Source of the DNA: an uncultured Acidobacteriota bacterium | GTDB lineage: Bacteria > Acidobacteriota > Thermoanaerobaculia > Multivoradales > UBA5704 | Assembly: GCA_963732005.1 (NCBI GenBank) | Contig: CAVSXT010000005.1 | Location: forward strand, 2,057,315 to 2,121,314 | DNA: 64,000 nt | Reading direction: 5' to 3' | The notes under the pieces: generated by a model | Database searches by the model: none | What the model was told of the DNA's origin: nothing | The model's input: only the letters and a program-made list of their open reading frames with translations | Made by a program: the position numbers and the translations under genes | Part shown: positions 1-8,940 of the stretch, in pieces | How positions within the stretch are numbered: the first letter of the stretch is position 1 | How the letters are laid out: every line of letters starts with the position of its first letter

Positions 1-274
1 CTGACGGCGTGAAGCCCAGCATGCAACGCAGGACGACAAGGCAGATTGGCTGCTGGAGGGCGGCGGCGAGCACCGCCTCGGGGTCGAACTCCCTGAAGCC
101 GTGGGTGGCCATCTTGAGCCGCTCGTAGCCGTTCTCGAAAGCCGGGAACTCGACGAAGCCAGGACCCTTCGGCAGGATGAGGAAGTCCGACTCGAGGCTG
201 TCGATCACCACGGCAGCGAAGGCGTCGAGGTCCGCGGCCACCTCGGCGAAGGGCACTTCAAATGGGAACGTCAT
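1..274 (-). CDS. Hypothetical protein, partial (3' part lies outside the window); the gene immediately downstream of the DUF1156 methyltransferase
   Basis: Minus-strand reading frame from ATG (complement of 272-274), MTFPFEVPFAEVAADLDAFAAVVIDSLESDFLILPKGPGFVEFPAF..., with very high GC3 and no stop before position 1. It is missing from the ORF track because it runs off the edge. Its start overlaps the methylase stop by about 17 nt. Confidence 0.45.
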   Translation of the reverse strand, partial: MTFPFEVPFAEVAADLDAFAAVVIDSLESDFLILPKGPGFVEFPAFENGYERLKMATHGFREFDPEAVLAAALQQPICLVVLRCMLGFTPS

Positions 275-2435
275 CTTGCAAGGGGGCTCCGAGTTTGGTG
301 CCGATCTCGAACAACGGGCCGAGGGAGGGCTCGGCGCGGGCGTGCGCCTCGAGGGCAGCGGCGAGGATCGCTGAGGGATCCCAGCCGGCCACGGCGACCT
401 CAACGGCGGCGAGCTTCTCCGTCACCGGGCGTGTGGCGTCCCAGCTTTTTCGTAGGTTCCAGATCACCAGGCGGACGACGTGGCCGAAGACCACACAGCG
501 GACGTCTCCTGCCGTGACCTGAACGCCCCCCTCTGCGAGGCCGCGGAGGTCTTCGAGGACGAGGCTCACAATCGCCTCGCGAGAGCGGGCCAGCGTCCTT
601 TGGGGTGTTGCACCGGTGACGCGGCAGACGAAGACCGTGTCGACCGTCGAGGAGCCGGTGCCGCTGATGTGGATGGAGGCACCCATCTCGCCTGGGCACG
701 GCAACGCCGCAGTGCAGGCGAAGCGCGCGTCGAGAAGGCCGACCGCCACCGGGAAGTAGGCATCGACTCGATTGTGGTGGTAGGTGAAGACAAGCGGCGC
801 ACCCGACCTGAGTGCCCTGGCCATGCGCTGGAAGACTGCCGAAAGGCCGGCTGTGAAGTGCGGAAGCCCACGCTCGAGCGTCTCGTTGCCGGTCAGCTCA
901 TCGGCGTTGCGGGTCGAGGCGCCGCGGAAGGCCGCGTGTTGCTTGCCGACGAGTTTCCGCAGCCAGACGTAGCAAAAGTCCATCAGTTCGGCGTACTGGA
1001 CGTTCTGGAAGTAGGGCGGGTCGGTGAGGACCGCGTCGAGGCTCCCCGGCCGCAGCCGCGCACTCGTCGCGGTCGCGCAACGCAGGCTGACCTGGCGGCC
1101 GCCGTTGCCGATCGATTCGCCGCGGATCGGGACGACGGTCTTGCGTGAGGACTCGTGAAAAATCTCGAAGGGTTGGACGCAGAAGGACTTCGCGCGGACG
1201 TACTTCTCGACGATGTTCGACCAGCCGCCGCTGCCGACGACCGCTCCGCCGCCGTTGGTGATCCCGAGGAGGTTCGACTCGCAGGCGATGAGGCCCACTG
1301 GGAAGCCGTGGACTGAGAAAATGTCGAGCGACTTTAGGGCCATCGTATCGTAACGGCACAGCAGGTTTTGGTACCGGAGGAGGTCGGACAGGTTGGTGGC
1401 TAGTGCTTCACGTACCAACTTATCCCTCAGTGCCGCAATGCCACGCGCGCTGAGCTCCAGGCCGAGAAGCTGCCTTGCGTTGAACATCTCGCGATAGCGC
1501 CGGTAGCCCCAGCGGTGGAGTCGGTCGGTTTCGTCGCCCGATGGAATCTCGTCGTTTGGCACATAGCGCAACCGCGTGTGTCCGAGGCGAGCCGCTGCCT
1601 CTGTGTAGCGGTATAGATCCTCCGCGTCCGGGCGCTTGAAGAAGCGGCCAGTGTGCTCGCCGCGGCAGGAGTGGCAGTGATACTCGATAGCGAACATGCG
1701 GTGGCCGAGCGGGTTTTTGCCGTCGGGAAACTTCACGACGCTCCCGCAGGCCGGGCAAGCGCACGAGCCGCGGCGCGCCGGCCCACCGACGCGGAGAGCG
1801 GTGTGGCAAGTGCGGCAGGTACCGGGGGTCCTTCGGTCGACGACTTCGTTGAGCTCGCCACACGCGGCGCAGGCGAGAACGTTTCGCGGATGCCGCACGT
1901 TCTCCGCTACGAGATATCCGGGAAAGAGGTCCACCAGCGTAGAGCAGACGGCGCAGGGCGCCTGTTTCACCCAGAGCCAGTACTTCACCTCTGCGAGGCC
2001 CGCGCAGAGGTGACAGCTCGTCTGGTAGAGATGTCCCAGCTCCTGCCTGAGCTTTGCTACCAGCTCGACGCTCGCGGCGCGATAGGCTGCGGGGTTGAGC
2101 GGGGCGAGTTCCTGGCGAACGATCCACCAAGCCATTGGGTTGATGTCGAAGCCGACGACGTCGCACCCGATGCGGTTTGCCTCAAGGAGCGGCGTGCCAC
2201 CGCCCATGAAGGGGTCGGCAACTCGCTTACCGCGGTGATCGTTCGCGCGGTAGAAGGTCTCGCGCAGGGAACCCTCGCCGAATTCCGCGAGGAGGAGGGC
2301 GCGGAAGAGGGTGCCGGGGCGTCGCGCGAACCACTTGTGAACGGCGATGATTGGGCGGTAGCTTTGCTGGATCTGCTTCTCCCGAAGAGCCAGGTTCGCC
2401 ACGAAGGCGACGTCGAAGCGCCGCTCGATAGACAT
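258..2435 (-). CDS. DUF1156-family DNA methyltransferase (N6-adenine/N4-cytosine type, DPPY motif)
   Basis: Motif I-like DPFMGGGTPLLEANRIGCDVVGFDINP and motif IV LTDPPYFQNVQY. The N-terminus MSIERRFDVAFVANLALREKQIQQ...WFARRPGTLF is typical of DUF1156. Start chosen at the internal ATG (complement of 2433-2435); the ORF is open up to 2711 but the extension is Pro/Arg-rich and probably not translated. Confidence 0.8.
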   Translation of the reverse strand: MSIERRFDVAFVANLALREKQIQQSYRPIIAVHKWFARRPGTLFRALLLAEFGEGSLRETFYRANDHRGKRVADPFMGGGTPLLEANRIGCDVVGFDINPMAWWIVRQELAPLNPAAYRAASVELVAKLRQELGHLYQTSCHLCAGLAEVKYWLWVKQAPCAVCSTLVDLFPGYLVAENVRHPRNVLACAACGELNEVVDRRTPGTCRTCHTALRVGGPARRGSCACPACGSVVKFPDGKNPLGHRMFAIEYHCHSCRGEHTGRFFKRPDAEDLYRYTEAAARLGHTRLRYVPNDEIPSGDETDRLHRWGYRRYREMFNARQLLGLELSARGIAALRDKLVREALATNLSDLLRYQNLLCRYDTMALKSLDIFSVHGFPVGLIACESNLLGITNGGGAVVGSGGWSNIVEKYVRAKSFCVQPFEIFHESSRKTVVPIRGESIGNGGRQVSLRCATATSARLRPGSLDAVLTDPPYFQNVQYAELMDFCYVWLRKLVGKQHAAFRGASTRNADELTGNETLERGLPHFTAGLSAVFQRMARALRSGAPLVFTYHHNRVDAYFPVAVGLLDARFACTAALPCPGEMGASIHISGTGSSTVDTVFVCRVTGATPQRTLARSREAIVSLVLEDLRGLAEGGVQVTAGDVRCVVFGHVVRLVIWNLRKSWDATRPVTEKLAAVEVAVAGWDPSAILAAALEAHARAEPSLGPLFEIGTKLGAPLQDDVPI

Positions 2436-2700
2436 GGCAGACCGGGGTTCAGGAGAGCGCTTTGGCATGGCTGCGGCCGATGGCGCAAGTATAGCGTAAG
2501 ATGGGCGCCGCAGGTTGACGCGGGTGCCCGCGGCCGTCAGCAGGGCTGGTACCCGACTCTGCCGAAGCCGTGCAAGCCTAGAGGTGGACGCCGCCGGGTG
2601 GGGAGCCGGCAGCGGACGAGGCGGGCCGGGCGACCATGGGATACTGGAACGCGGCGGCGCGCCATGGCTCCACGGTTGCGAGGGCGCCGCCCACCTCTCC

Positions 2701-3666
2701 ATGAAAGCCATCGTCTACCGCGTCTACGGTCCGCCCGATGTCCTCGAATTGGCGGAGATCGAACAGCCGGCCGCCGGCGCCGACGAGGTCCTGATCGAGG
2801 TGCGCGCCGCCGCCGTCAATCCGCTGGACTGGCACTACATGCGAGGCATCCCGTATTTCATTCGGCTGCTGGCCGGCCTGCGCCGGCCGAAGATCACGCG
2901 ACTGGGCGTCGACGTGGCCGGCCGGGTCGAGGCGGTGGGTGTGAACGTCACGCGATTCAAGCCGGGCGACGAGGTGTTCGGCGGCTGCCGGGGGGCCTTT
3001 GCCGAGTATGCGTGTGCCGCCGAGCGGGCGTTGGCGATGAAGCCGGGGAACCTCACGTTCGAGCAAGCTGCGGCGGCGCCGGTGGCGGCATACACCGCCC
3101 TGCAGGGCCTTCGCAACCACGGACGGTTGCAGCCGGGGCAGCAGGTCCTGATCAACGGCGCGGCGGGAGGGGTGGGCACGTTCGCCGTGCAGATCGCCAA
3201 GTCGTTCGGCGCCTTGGTGACCGGTGTCTGCAGCGCGGGGAATGCCGGCATGGTCCGATCCCTCGGCGCGGACGAGGTGACCGATTATTCGCAGGAGGAT
3301 TTCACCAAGAGCGGCAAGCGTTACGACCTGATCCTCGACGCCGTCGGCAACCATCCGTTGCTGGCCTGCAGGCGCGCCCTGCAGCCCAAGGGGATCTACG
3401 TGATGGTCGGCGGGTCGGGAGGATTGATCGGGACGCTGGCTCGTGCGCTCGCGGCCGTCGTGCTGTCGCGGTTGGTGAGCCAGGACCTGCTCATGATGCT
3501 GACCAAGCCAAGCCAGGAGGACCTGACCATCATCCGCGAGCTGATGGCGGCCGGCAGGGTGACGCCGGTCATCGACCGGCGCTACGGCTTGAGTGAGGTC
3601 CCCGAGGCGATCCGGTATCTGGAAGCAGGACACGCTCGCGGCAAGGTGGTGATCAGCTTGGAATGA
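2701..3666 (+). CDS. Zinc-binding alcohol dehydrogenase / NADPH:quinone oxidoreductase family protein (MDR superfamily)
   Basis: MKAIVYRVYGPPDVLELAEIEQP... and the INGAAGGVGTFAVQIAKSFGA Rossmann motif. ATG at 2701; the long upstream extension in the ORF track is likely non-coding. Confidence 0.85.
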   Translation: MKAIVYRVYGPPDVLELAEIEQPAAGADEVLIEVRAAAVNPLDWHYMRGIPYFIRLLAGLRRPKITRLGVDVAGRVEAVGVNVTRFKPGDEVFGGCRGAFAEYACAAERALAMKPGNLTFEQAAAAPVAAYTALQGLRNHGRLQPGQQVLINGAAGGVGTFAVQIAKSFGALVTGVCSAGNAGMVRSLGADEVTDYSQEDFTKSGKRYDLILDAVGNHPLLACRRALQPKGIYVMVGGSGGLIGTLARALAAVVLSRLVSQDLLMMLTKPSQEDLTIIRELMAAGRVTPVIDRRYGLSEVPEAIRYLEAGHARGKVVISLE

Positions 3667-3691
3667 CGCACGCTGGACGCCGATCGCCAGC

Positions 3692-4354
3692 TCACACCCC
3701 GCCGAGTGCGATGCGGCGAAAGGTTTCCGCCAGGAGGTCGCGGAACCTCTCGAGCTGGCCTGGGGTGAGAGGTTTCAGCATCAAGGGTAAGGGGTGAGTC
3801 GGAAACTGCGCGACGAGCCAGGCCAGGACCCCTGGATCGATGCCGGAGTCTTTGCGTAGCGCCCACTCTAGATCTCGCGCCGGCGGGAAGCCGGCCTGGT
3901 CGAGGAAATAGAGATCGACGAGATCGCGGGGTTCGGAACGCGAGAGAATACAGGTCAACTTGCTCGCGCGCAGGTCGGCAAGCGACTCGATCACGATACC
4001 CTCGACCGGCGCTGGCGGCGGCGCGATGTCCGCGACCGGCTCGTAGACGAGGTCGACCTCGACGCTCTGTCCGTCTTGGGTTTCAAGGTGTGCACGAACA
4101 AGGTGGCCGGCGTCGCGGAGCAGCGAGCAGGAAGCCCCGGCCTCATCGGCGGCAGCAGGGAGCAGGCCGACAAGCGCTCGCATTTCCTCGGCATCATGCA
4201 CAAATAGATCGACGTCGCCGGTAGTTCGGTGACCAAGGTACGCCCCGGAGAGAGCCGCGCCGCCGCCGAGGTGGCAGGAGCTTCGCGTCTGGCAGGCTCG
4301 CACGAAACCGAGGGCGAAGTCCGGGACCACACGCCGATCGAAGGTGTTACGCAT
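3692..4354 (-). CDS. Nucleotidyltransferase, AbiEii/AbiGii-like toxin family (type IV TA-like)
   Basis: GGGAALSGAYLGHRTTGDVDLFVHD nucleotidyltransferase-fold motif in a protein of about 220 aa. Start at the internal ATG (complement of 4352-4354), which overlaps the stop of the upstream small gene. Confidence 0.65.
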   Translation of the reverse strand: MRNTFDRRVVPDFALGFVRACQTRSSCHLGGGAALSGAYLGHRTTGDVDLFVHDAEEMRALVGLLPAAADEAGASCSLLRDAGHLVRAHLETQDGQSVEVDLVYEPVADIAPPPAPVEGIVIESLADLRASKLTCILSRSEPRDLVDLYFLDQAGFPPARDLEWALRKDSGIDPGVLAWLVAQFPTHPLPLMLKPLTPGQLERFRDLLAETFRRIALGGV

Positions 4355-4700
4355 GGCGCACAAGGTCCTGACGCAATGGGGGCCACTGCGGCCGCGGCAG
4401 CTGCAGCAGCCAGGCCCACATCGACCGTGAGCGTCCCAGGTACCGGATGAGGAGCGGCCAGAGCGCGCGAATCTCGTCGGCGTTGACGAAGAGCCAGACG
4501 TCCCGGGTGTTCGCTTCTCGCAGCAGAGCTCCCATCCAATAAGCGCGCGCCTCCGGATCCGGGGAGGCAAGGTGCTCCTTGAGCTGCGCGACCGTGGCGC
4601 CCGTCCACCAGAGAAAGTAGGGCCTGGCTGTATCGTCAAGGAGTGCCGCCGTCGTCGGTGGCAGACGATCGGTGGGCGCTGAGGATTTCGAACTGCTCAT
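4347..4700 (-). CDS. Small protein upstream of, and overlapping, the NTase toxin gene; a putative cognate antitoxin-like partner
   Basis: 118-aa ORF (MSSSKSSAPTDRL...WLFVNADEIRALWPLL) whose stop overlaps the NTase start. No recognisable family; the role is inferred only from position. Confidence 0.4.
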   Translation of the reverse strand: MSSSKSSAPTDRLPPTTAALLDDTARPYFLWWTGATVAQLKEHLASPDPEARAYWMGALLREANTRDVWLFVNADEIRALWPLLIRYLGRSRSMWAWLLQLPRPQWPPLRQDLVRHA

Positions 4701-4772
4701 CGGAAGAATCCTGCCCCGGAAGGACCCTACCACGGCGGCGACTCTACCGGTCGAGCCTCCCGGCGAGCGGCT

Positions 4773-5324
4773 TCAGGTCTGGGCGAGGGCGTTGAGCTTC
4801 AGGATCGTGGTCCAGTTGCGGCTGGTCGCGGCGTCGCGGAGAGCCTTGCCGAAGCTGATCGCCAGCGGGCTGGCGAGGAGTCCCTCGTGGCACCAGAGAT
4901 AAGCCGCGCGCTCGCCGGCCGCCAAACGGTCCGGCGCCCAATCCTGACCGAGCAAGGGCTCCAGGCGCTGTCGGTCCGAGCGGTCGTTGAGGATGGCGAC
5001 GAGCAGGCGCGCGGGGTCGCCGGCGACGTCGAGCAGGGGATTGGCCGCGACGACGGCGGCGAGCTCTGCGGCCGTCAGCACGGTCACCCGAGAAGCGACT
5101 CCGAGACGCGCGACCAGCGATTCCTCGATGCGCGCGGCGACATCCTTGGCGCCGCCCTTGGCGCCGCCCGGCGCGGTGAACACGACGTTGCCGCTGTTGA
5201 GCAGCGTCCGCACGTCGCTGTAGCCCAGGCTCTCCACCGCCGCGCGCAGATCCGCCATCGCGATCCGCTTGGCCTTGCCGACGTTGATGCCGCGCAAGAA
5301 CGCCACGTGTGTGCTCGCCGGCAT
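4773..5324 (-). CDS. DUF1697 family protein
   Basis: N-terminal MPASTHVAFLRGINVGKAKRIAMADLR matches the DUF1697 signature; ATG start verified. Confidence 0.8.
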   Translation of the reverse strand: MPASTHVAFLRGINVGKAKRIAMADLRAAVESLGYSDVRTLLNSGNVVFTAPGGAKGGAKDVAARIEESLVARLGVASRVTVLTAAELAAVVAANPLLDVAGDPARLLVAILNDRSDRQRLEPLLGQDWAPDRLAAGERAAYLWCHEGLLASPLAISFGKALRDAATSRNWTTILKLNALAQT

Positions 5325-5352
5325 GGTCGTCCCATGCTAACACCAGGCGAGA

Positions 5353-6669
5353 TCAGGCGGGACCGCGGAGGCGCGCCAGACCGAAGAAGGGGTCGGGCCG
5401 GCGGCGGCCGAGGACGGTCTCGGCGACCTGCTGTCCCCAGGCGGGCGCGAACTTGAAGCCATGCCCGGAGCCGCCGCCGACCAGCCAGGCGTTGGCGGCC
5501 TCGGGATGGCGGTCGAGCACGAAGTTCTGATCGGGGGTGTTCTCGTACTGGCAGACGCGGGTCTCGACCAGCGGCGCGCCCGCCAGCGCCGGAAAGCGCC
5601 GGTCCAGCAGGGCACGAGCCCGCGCCAGCGCCTCGGGAGCCACGGTGCGCTCGCCGCCGGTCGGATCGAACGCCGGGCCGCGCGTGTCGTCGGCCACCTT
5701 GAAGCCCCGCCGCTCGTTGCCGGGGATGCCGTAGAACAGCCGCTCGCCCACCTCGATCCACACCGGCATCGCCGGCGGCTCGAAGCGCGGATCGCCGGCC
5801 GGGGTGCCGAAGAAGAAAACCTCCTGCTTGGTCGGCGCGATGCTGGCGCCGAGCACGCCGGGGAACAGCGCTCCGAGCCAGGGGCCGCAGGCGAAGACGT
5901 AGGCGTCGGCGCTCACCCGCGAGCCGTCGCTCAGGCGCAACGCCTGCATGCGGCCGGCGGCGACGGCCCCGGGCTCGACCCGCGCCAGCCGCATCTCGCC
6001 GCCGGCGGCGATCAGCGCCTCGACCGCGGCGGCGCACGCCTGCCGCGCCAGCAGGAAGCCCGCCCGCTCCTCCCACAGCGCCCAGCGCACGCCCGCGAAG
6101 GAGATCTGGGGAAAGCGCCGCGCCGCCTCGGCGGTCTCGAGGCGATGGTAGGGAAAACCCACCGCCCGCAGGTTCTCGGCCGCCTTGGCGACGAAGTCGG
6201 AGCCGTCCGCCACCATCCAGAGGGCCCCCGTCGGGTGAAAGAAGGTGCGGCCGGTGAGCCGCTCGAACTCCGCCCAGCGCTCGAAGGCCCTGGCCGCCAG
6301 CTCGACGTAGACCTTGTCGGCATAGACGGCGCGCAGCACCCGGGTCTCGCCCCCCGAGCTGGCGCGCGAGTTCCCCGGACCCCAGGCGTCGAGCAGCGTC
6401 ACCCTGGCTCCCAGCCGCCGCAGCGCCAGCGCGGTGAAAGCGCCAAAGGCGCCGGCGCCGACCACCGCGATCGTCGGCGCCGTCGCGGCGGGCGAGGTGC
6501 TCGCCGCTGGCTCGCCGGCCGCCGCCGGAGCTGCCTCCGGAGTCGCCGCCGGGGCCGCCGGCCGCGCCTTGGTATCCTCGCCACCCGCCGCAAGCCCGGG
6601 CACCAGCGTCGCCGCGGCGAGCCCTCCCAGCAGCGAGCGCCGCGATAGCTCCTGCGATCGGTCAGCCAT
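5353..6669 (-). CDS. FAD-dependent oxidoreductase (DAO family; sarcosine/glycine oxidase-like) with a Tat signal peptide
   Basis: Tat motif SRRSLLGGLAAA, dinucleotide-binding IAVVGAGAFGAFTA, and a DAO-like C-terminus. Start at the internal ATG (complement of 6667-6669). Confidence 0.8.
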   Translation of the reverse strand: MADRSQELSRRSLLGGLAAATLVPGLAAGGEDTKARPAAPAATPEAAPAAAGEPAASTSPAATAPTIAVVGAGAFGAFTALALRRLGARVTLLDAWGPGNSRASSGGETRVLRAVYADKVYVELAARAFERWAEFERLTGRTFFHPTGALWMVADGSDFVAKAAENLRAVGFPYHRLETAEAARRFPQISFAGVRWALWEERAGFLLARQACAAAVEALIAAGGEMRLARVEPGAVAAGRMQALRLSDGSRVSADAYVFACGPWLGALFPGVLGASIAPTKQEVFFFGTPAGDPRFEPPAMPVWIEVGERLFYGIPGNERRGFKVADDTRGPAFDPTGGERTVAPEALARARALLDRRFPALAGAPLVETRVCQYENTPDQNFVLDRHPEAANAWLVGGGSGHGFKFAPAWGQQVAETVLGRRRPDPFFGLARLRGPA

Positions 6670-6894
6670 GGACACACCTCTCAGTGGCGCGAATCGACGG
6701 TGGCATGGTAGCCGCCAGCGGGCGGCACTGTCGACCCGGCCCGGCCATCGACGGAGAGCCAAGGGTGGCGAGATTGCATTCCAACCGGCGGCGCCGCGGA
6801 AATGGCGATAGTCTTAGCCGTCGGCCGGTCGCCGGACGGGCCGGGGAGCCGGTGGCACGAGGCTTGCCGTGCAGTTGCTGGTGGAGGTGTCGCC

Positions 6895-7296
6895 ATGGCA
6901 CAACGGAAGAGCCAGGAAGAAACGCACAGCACCGAGGCCGGAACGGGACGTGCCGAACGCGGAGGCGGGTTCCCGGATGCCGACCAGGACTCCGGCGAGA
7001 CCGCGCCGGTGGCGCCTGATCCGCGGGACACCGGGCTCTTCGACGCCCGTGCGCGGACACCGGCGCGAGGGCTTGGGATCGAGGCCGGCGGTCAGGCCGG
7101 CGACACCGAGGGGGTGTCGCGGGAAGAGCTAGCCGGCCCGGAGAGCGTCGAGGAGCTGCTCGAAGAGGGCCAGGCCTTCGAGGCCGGCGTCATCAGCGGC
7201 GTCGAAAACGCGCCCGACGCCGATCAAGGGGAGGTGAGGACCCGCCAGGTGCCCGAGGACGACGTCCCGGAGGAGTATCTCGACGACGAGCGGTGA
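6895..7296 (+). CDS. Hypothetical highly acidic protein
   Basis: ORF with high GC3 and a Glu/Asp-rich C-terminus (EELLEEGQAFE...PEEYLDDER). No homology recognised. Overlaps the convergent LLM gene 3' end by about 70 nt. Confidence 0.35.
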   Translation: MAQRKSQEETHSTEAGTGRAERGGGFPDADQDSGETAPVAPDPRDTGLFDARARTPARGLGIEAGGQAGDTEGVSREELAGPESVEELLEEGQAFEAGVISGVENAPDADQGEVRTRQVPEDDVPEEYLDDER

Positions 7297-8375
7297 GCCC
7301 GGGTGCCGGTCGCGAGGATGGGGATCACCTCATCCCGGATCAGCTCCATCGAGCGCCGCACCTTGGCGTAGGGCAGGTCGCCGAAATTCAGCCAGGCGAT
7401 GACGTGGCGGACGCCCAGGCCGCGAAGCTCCGCGAGCTCTCGCAGGACGGTCTGCGGCGTGCCGATGCAGCCGCCGGTCACCTCGGGCAGGGGGTGGGGC
7501 TCCGCGCCGCCGGCGAGCCTGGCGGCGGCGCCGTCGTGGTCGTCGCCCCTGGGGTCGGCGTCGCCAGCGTCGCCGGCGTCGCCGTCGCCGTGGACCCGGC
7601 TGCCGACCGTGTTCTCCCAGCGTAGCGCCTGGCGGGCGTCGCTCAGCGCCTCTTCGTCGCTGGGCGCCAGCGCGACGCGGCGGAGGACCCGGAACTCGGC
7701 GACCTCGCGGTCGATCGCGGCCGCGGACAGGCCGAGTGCCGAGCGGCACGCCCGGTAGGCGGCAATGCATTCCGCGATCTGCGCGGCGGGCTTGAGGCCG
7801 AGCAGCAGCGGCACGCCGTCGAGCGCCGCCTGGCGCAGCGACTCCGGGCCCGAGCTGGCGCGCAGGAAGGGCGGAGACGAGCCGCGGAAGGGACGCGGCC
7901 GCAGGGTCACCCGGGGAATGTTCCAGAAGCGTCCCGCGTGGGCGAAGCTGGGCTGCGACAGGGCGGCGCGCAGGATCGCGGTCCCCTCCTCGAGGCGCGC
8001 CTGGCGCTCGTCGAGCGGCACGCCGAAGGCGCCGAGCTCGTAGGGGCTGAAACCAGGGCCCACCCCCACCAGCACCCGGCCCTGGCTCAGGTTGTCCACC
8101 CAGGCGATCTCCTCGGCGAGCCGCAGGGGGTGATGCAGGGGCAGGACGGCGACCGCATAGCCGATTCGCATCCGCCGCGTCCGCTGCGCCACCGCCGCCG
8201 CGTAGACCGACGGCGCGCCGACGAGCCCGAACGACGCCAGATGGTGCTCGGCGATCCAGACGCTGTCATAGCCGCCGGTCTCGGCGCGGTCCACCTCCCA
8301 GAGGGCCTGCTCGATCACCTCGCGGTCGGAGAGCGTGTCGGGCGCCGGCAGGAGCTGAAAGATTCCGATGTCCAC
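7224..8375 (-). CDS. LLM-class (luciferase-like) flavin-dependent oxidoreductase
   Basis: N-terminal VDIGIFQLLPAP...YDSVWIAEHHL luciferase-like monooxygenase signature. GTG start (complement of 8373-8375) with an AAGGAG Shine-Dalgarno sequence 5 nt upstream. Confidence 0.8.
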   Translation of the reverse strand: MDIGIFQLLPAPDTLSDREVIEQALWEVDRAETGGYDSVWIAEHHLASFGLVGAPSVYAAAVAQRTRRMRIGYAVAVLPLHHPLRLAEEIAWVDNLSQGRVLVGVGPGFSPYELGAFGVPLDERQARLEEGTAILRAALSQPSFAHAGRFWNIPRVTLRPRPFRGSSPPFLRASSGPESLRQAALDGVPLLLGLKPAAQIAECIAAYRACRSALGLSAAAIDREVAEFRVLRRVALAPSDEEALSDARQALRWENTVGSRVHGDGDAGDAGDADPRGDDHDGAAARLAGGAEPHPLPEVTGGCIGTPQTVLRELAELRGLGVRHVIAWLNFGDLPYAKVRRSMELIRDEVIPILATGTRAHRSSSRYSSGTSSSGTWRVLTSP

Positions 8376-8459
8376 ATGTTCTCCTTTTCGGTCGGCGCCG
8401 GTGCGGCGGGGCGCGGGTGGGCCAAGCAGAGCGATCAGATCGTGTCTTGCGCGGATTAT

Positions 8460-8529
8460 GGTACCAATGTACCAAAGTAGATGTCAATAGAAATAGAGGC
8501 TCGGCAGTCCTAATGCTGGTACATTGGTA
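8460..8529. promoter_or_regulatory. Perfect 13-bp inverted repeat (TACCAATGTACCA ... TGGTACATTGGTA) separated by 42 bp in the divergent promoter region; a candidate operator
   Basis: Read directly: 8462-8474 TACCAATGTACCA and 8517-8529 TGGTACATTGGTA are exact reverse complements. It lies between the divergent LLM gene (start 8375) and the RHH-like gene (start 8581) and spans an AT-richer TTGACA-like stretch (atgtcaatagaaatag). Confidence 0.5.
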
Positions 8530-8580
8530 GATGCGCACGGACCGAGAAGTCGAGGTCGTTGCCGAGAGGAGGCTCGCGAG

Positions 8581-8877
8581 ATGGCCAGCGCCAGAGGTAA
8601 CGCCGGTAGGGCGACATTCGAGGTGGAGCGCGTGCAGACGGGGGTCCGGATGGAGAAGCGGATCCTCAAGGTGCTCAAGGCGCTGGCGGAGCTGCACGAT
8701 CTCTCGCTCGGCGACCTGCTGGAGGGCATCGTGCTGCACGCCTTCGAGGGCAAGTCGCCGTTCGGGGCCGAGACCCTGCGCCAGGTGGTGGAGCTGAAGC
8801 GCATCTACGGCCTGGACCTCGACGCCGGCGCGAGCCACCGCTTGCGGGAAGCCGCCCGGAGGGGCCGCGGGCGCTGA
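8581..8877 (+). CDS. Small putative DNA-binding protein (ribbon-helix-helix/CopG-like)
   Basis: ATG at 8581 preceded by GAGAGGAGG. The sequence ...MEKRILKVLKALAELHDLSLGDLLEGIVLHAF... resembles RHH regulators. Weak assignment. Confidence 0.45.
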   Translation: MASARGNAGRATFEVERVQTGVRMEKRILKVLKALAELHDLSLGDLLEGIVLHAFEGKSPFGAETLRQVVELKRIYGLDLDAGASHRLREAARRGRGR

Positions 8878-8940
8878 GCGGCTCGCCGTGCACCGTGCGG
8901 TGGCAATGCCGTGCCGGAGGGAACGGAAGGAGTTGAGGCG

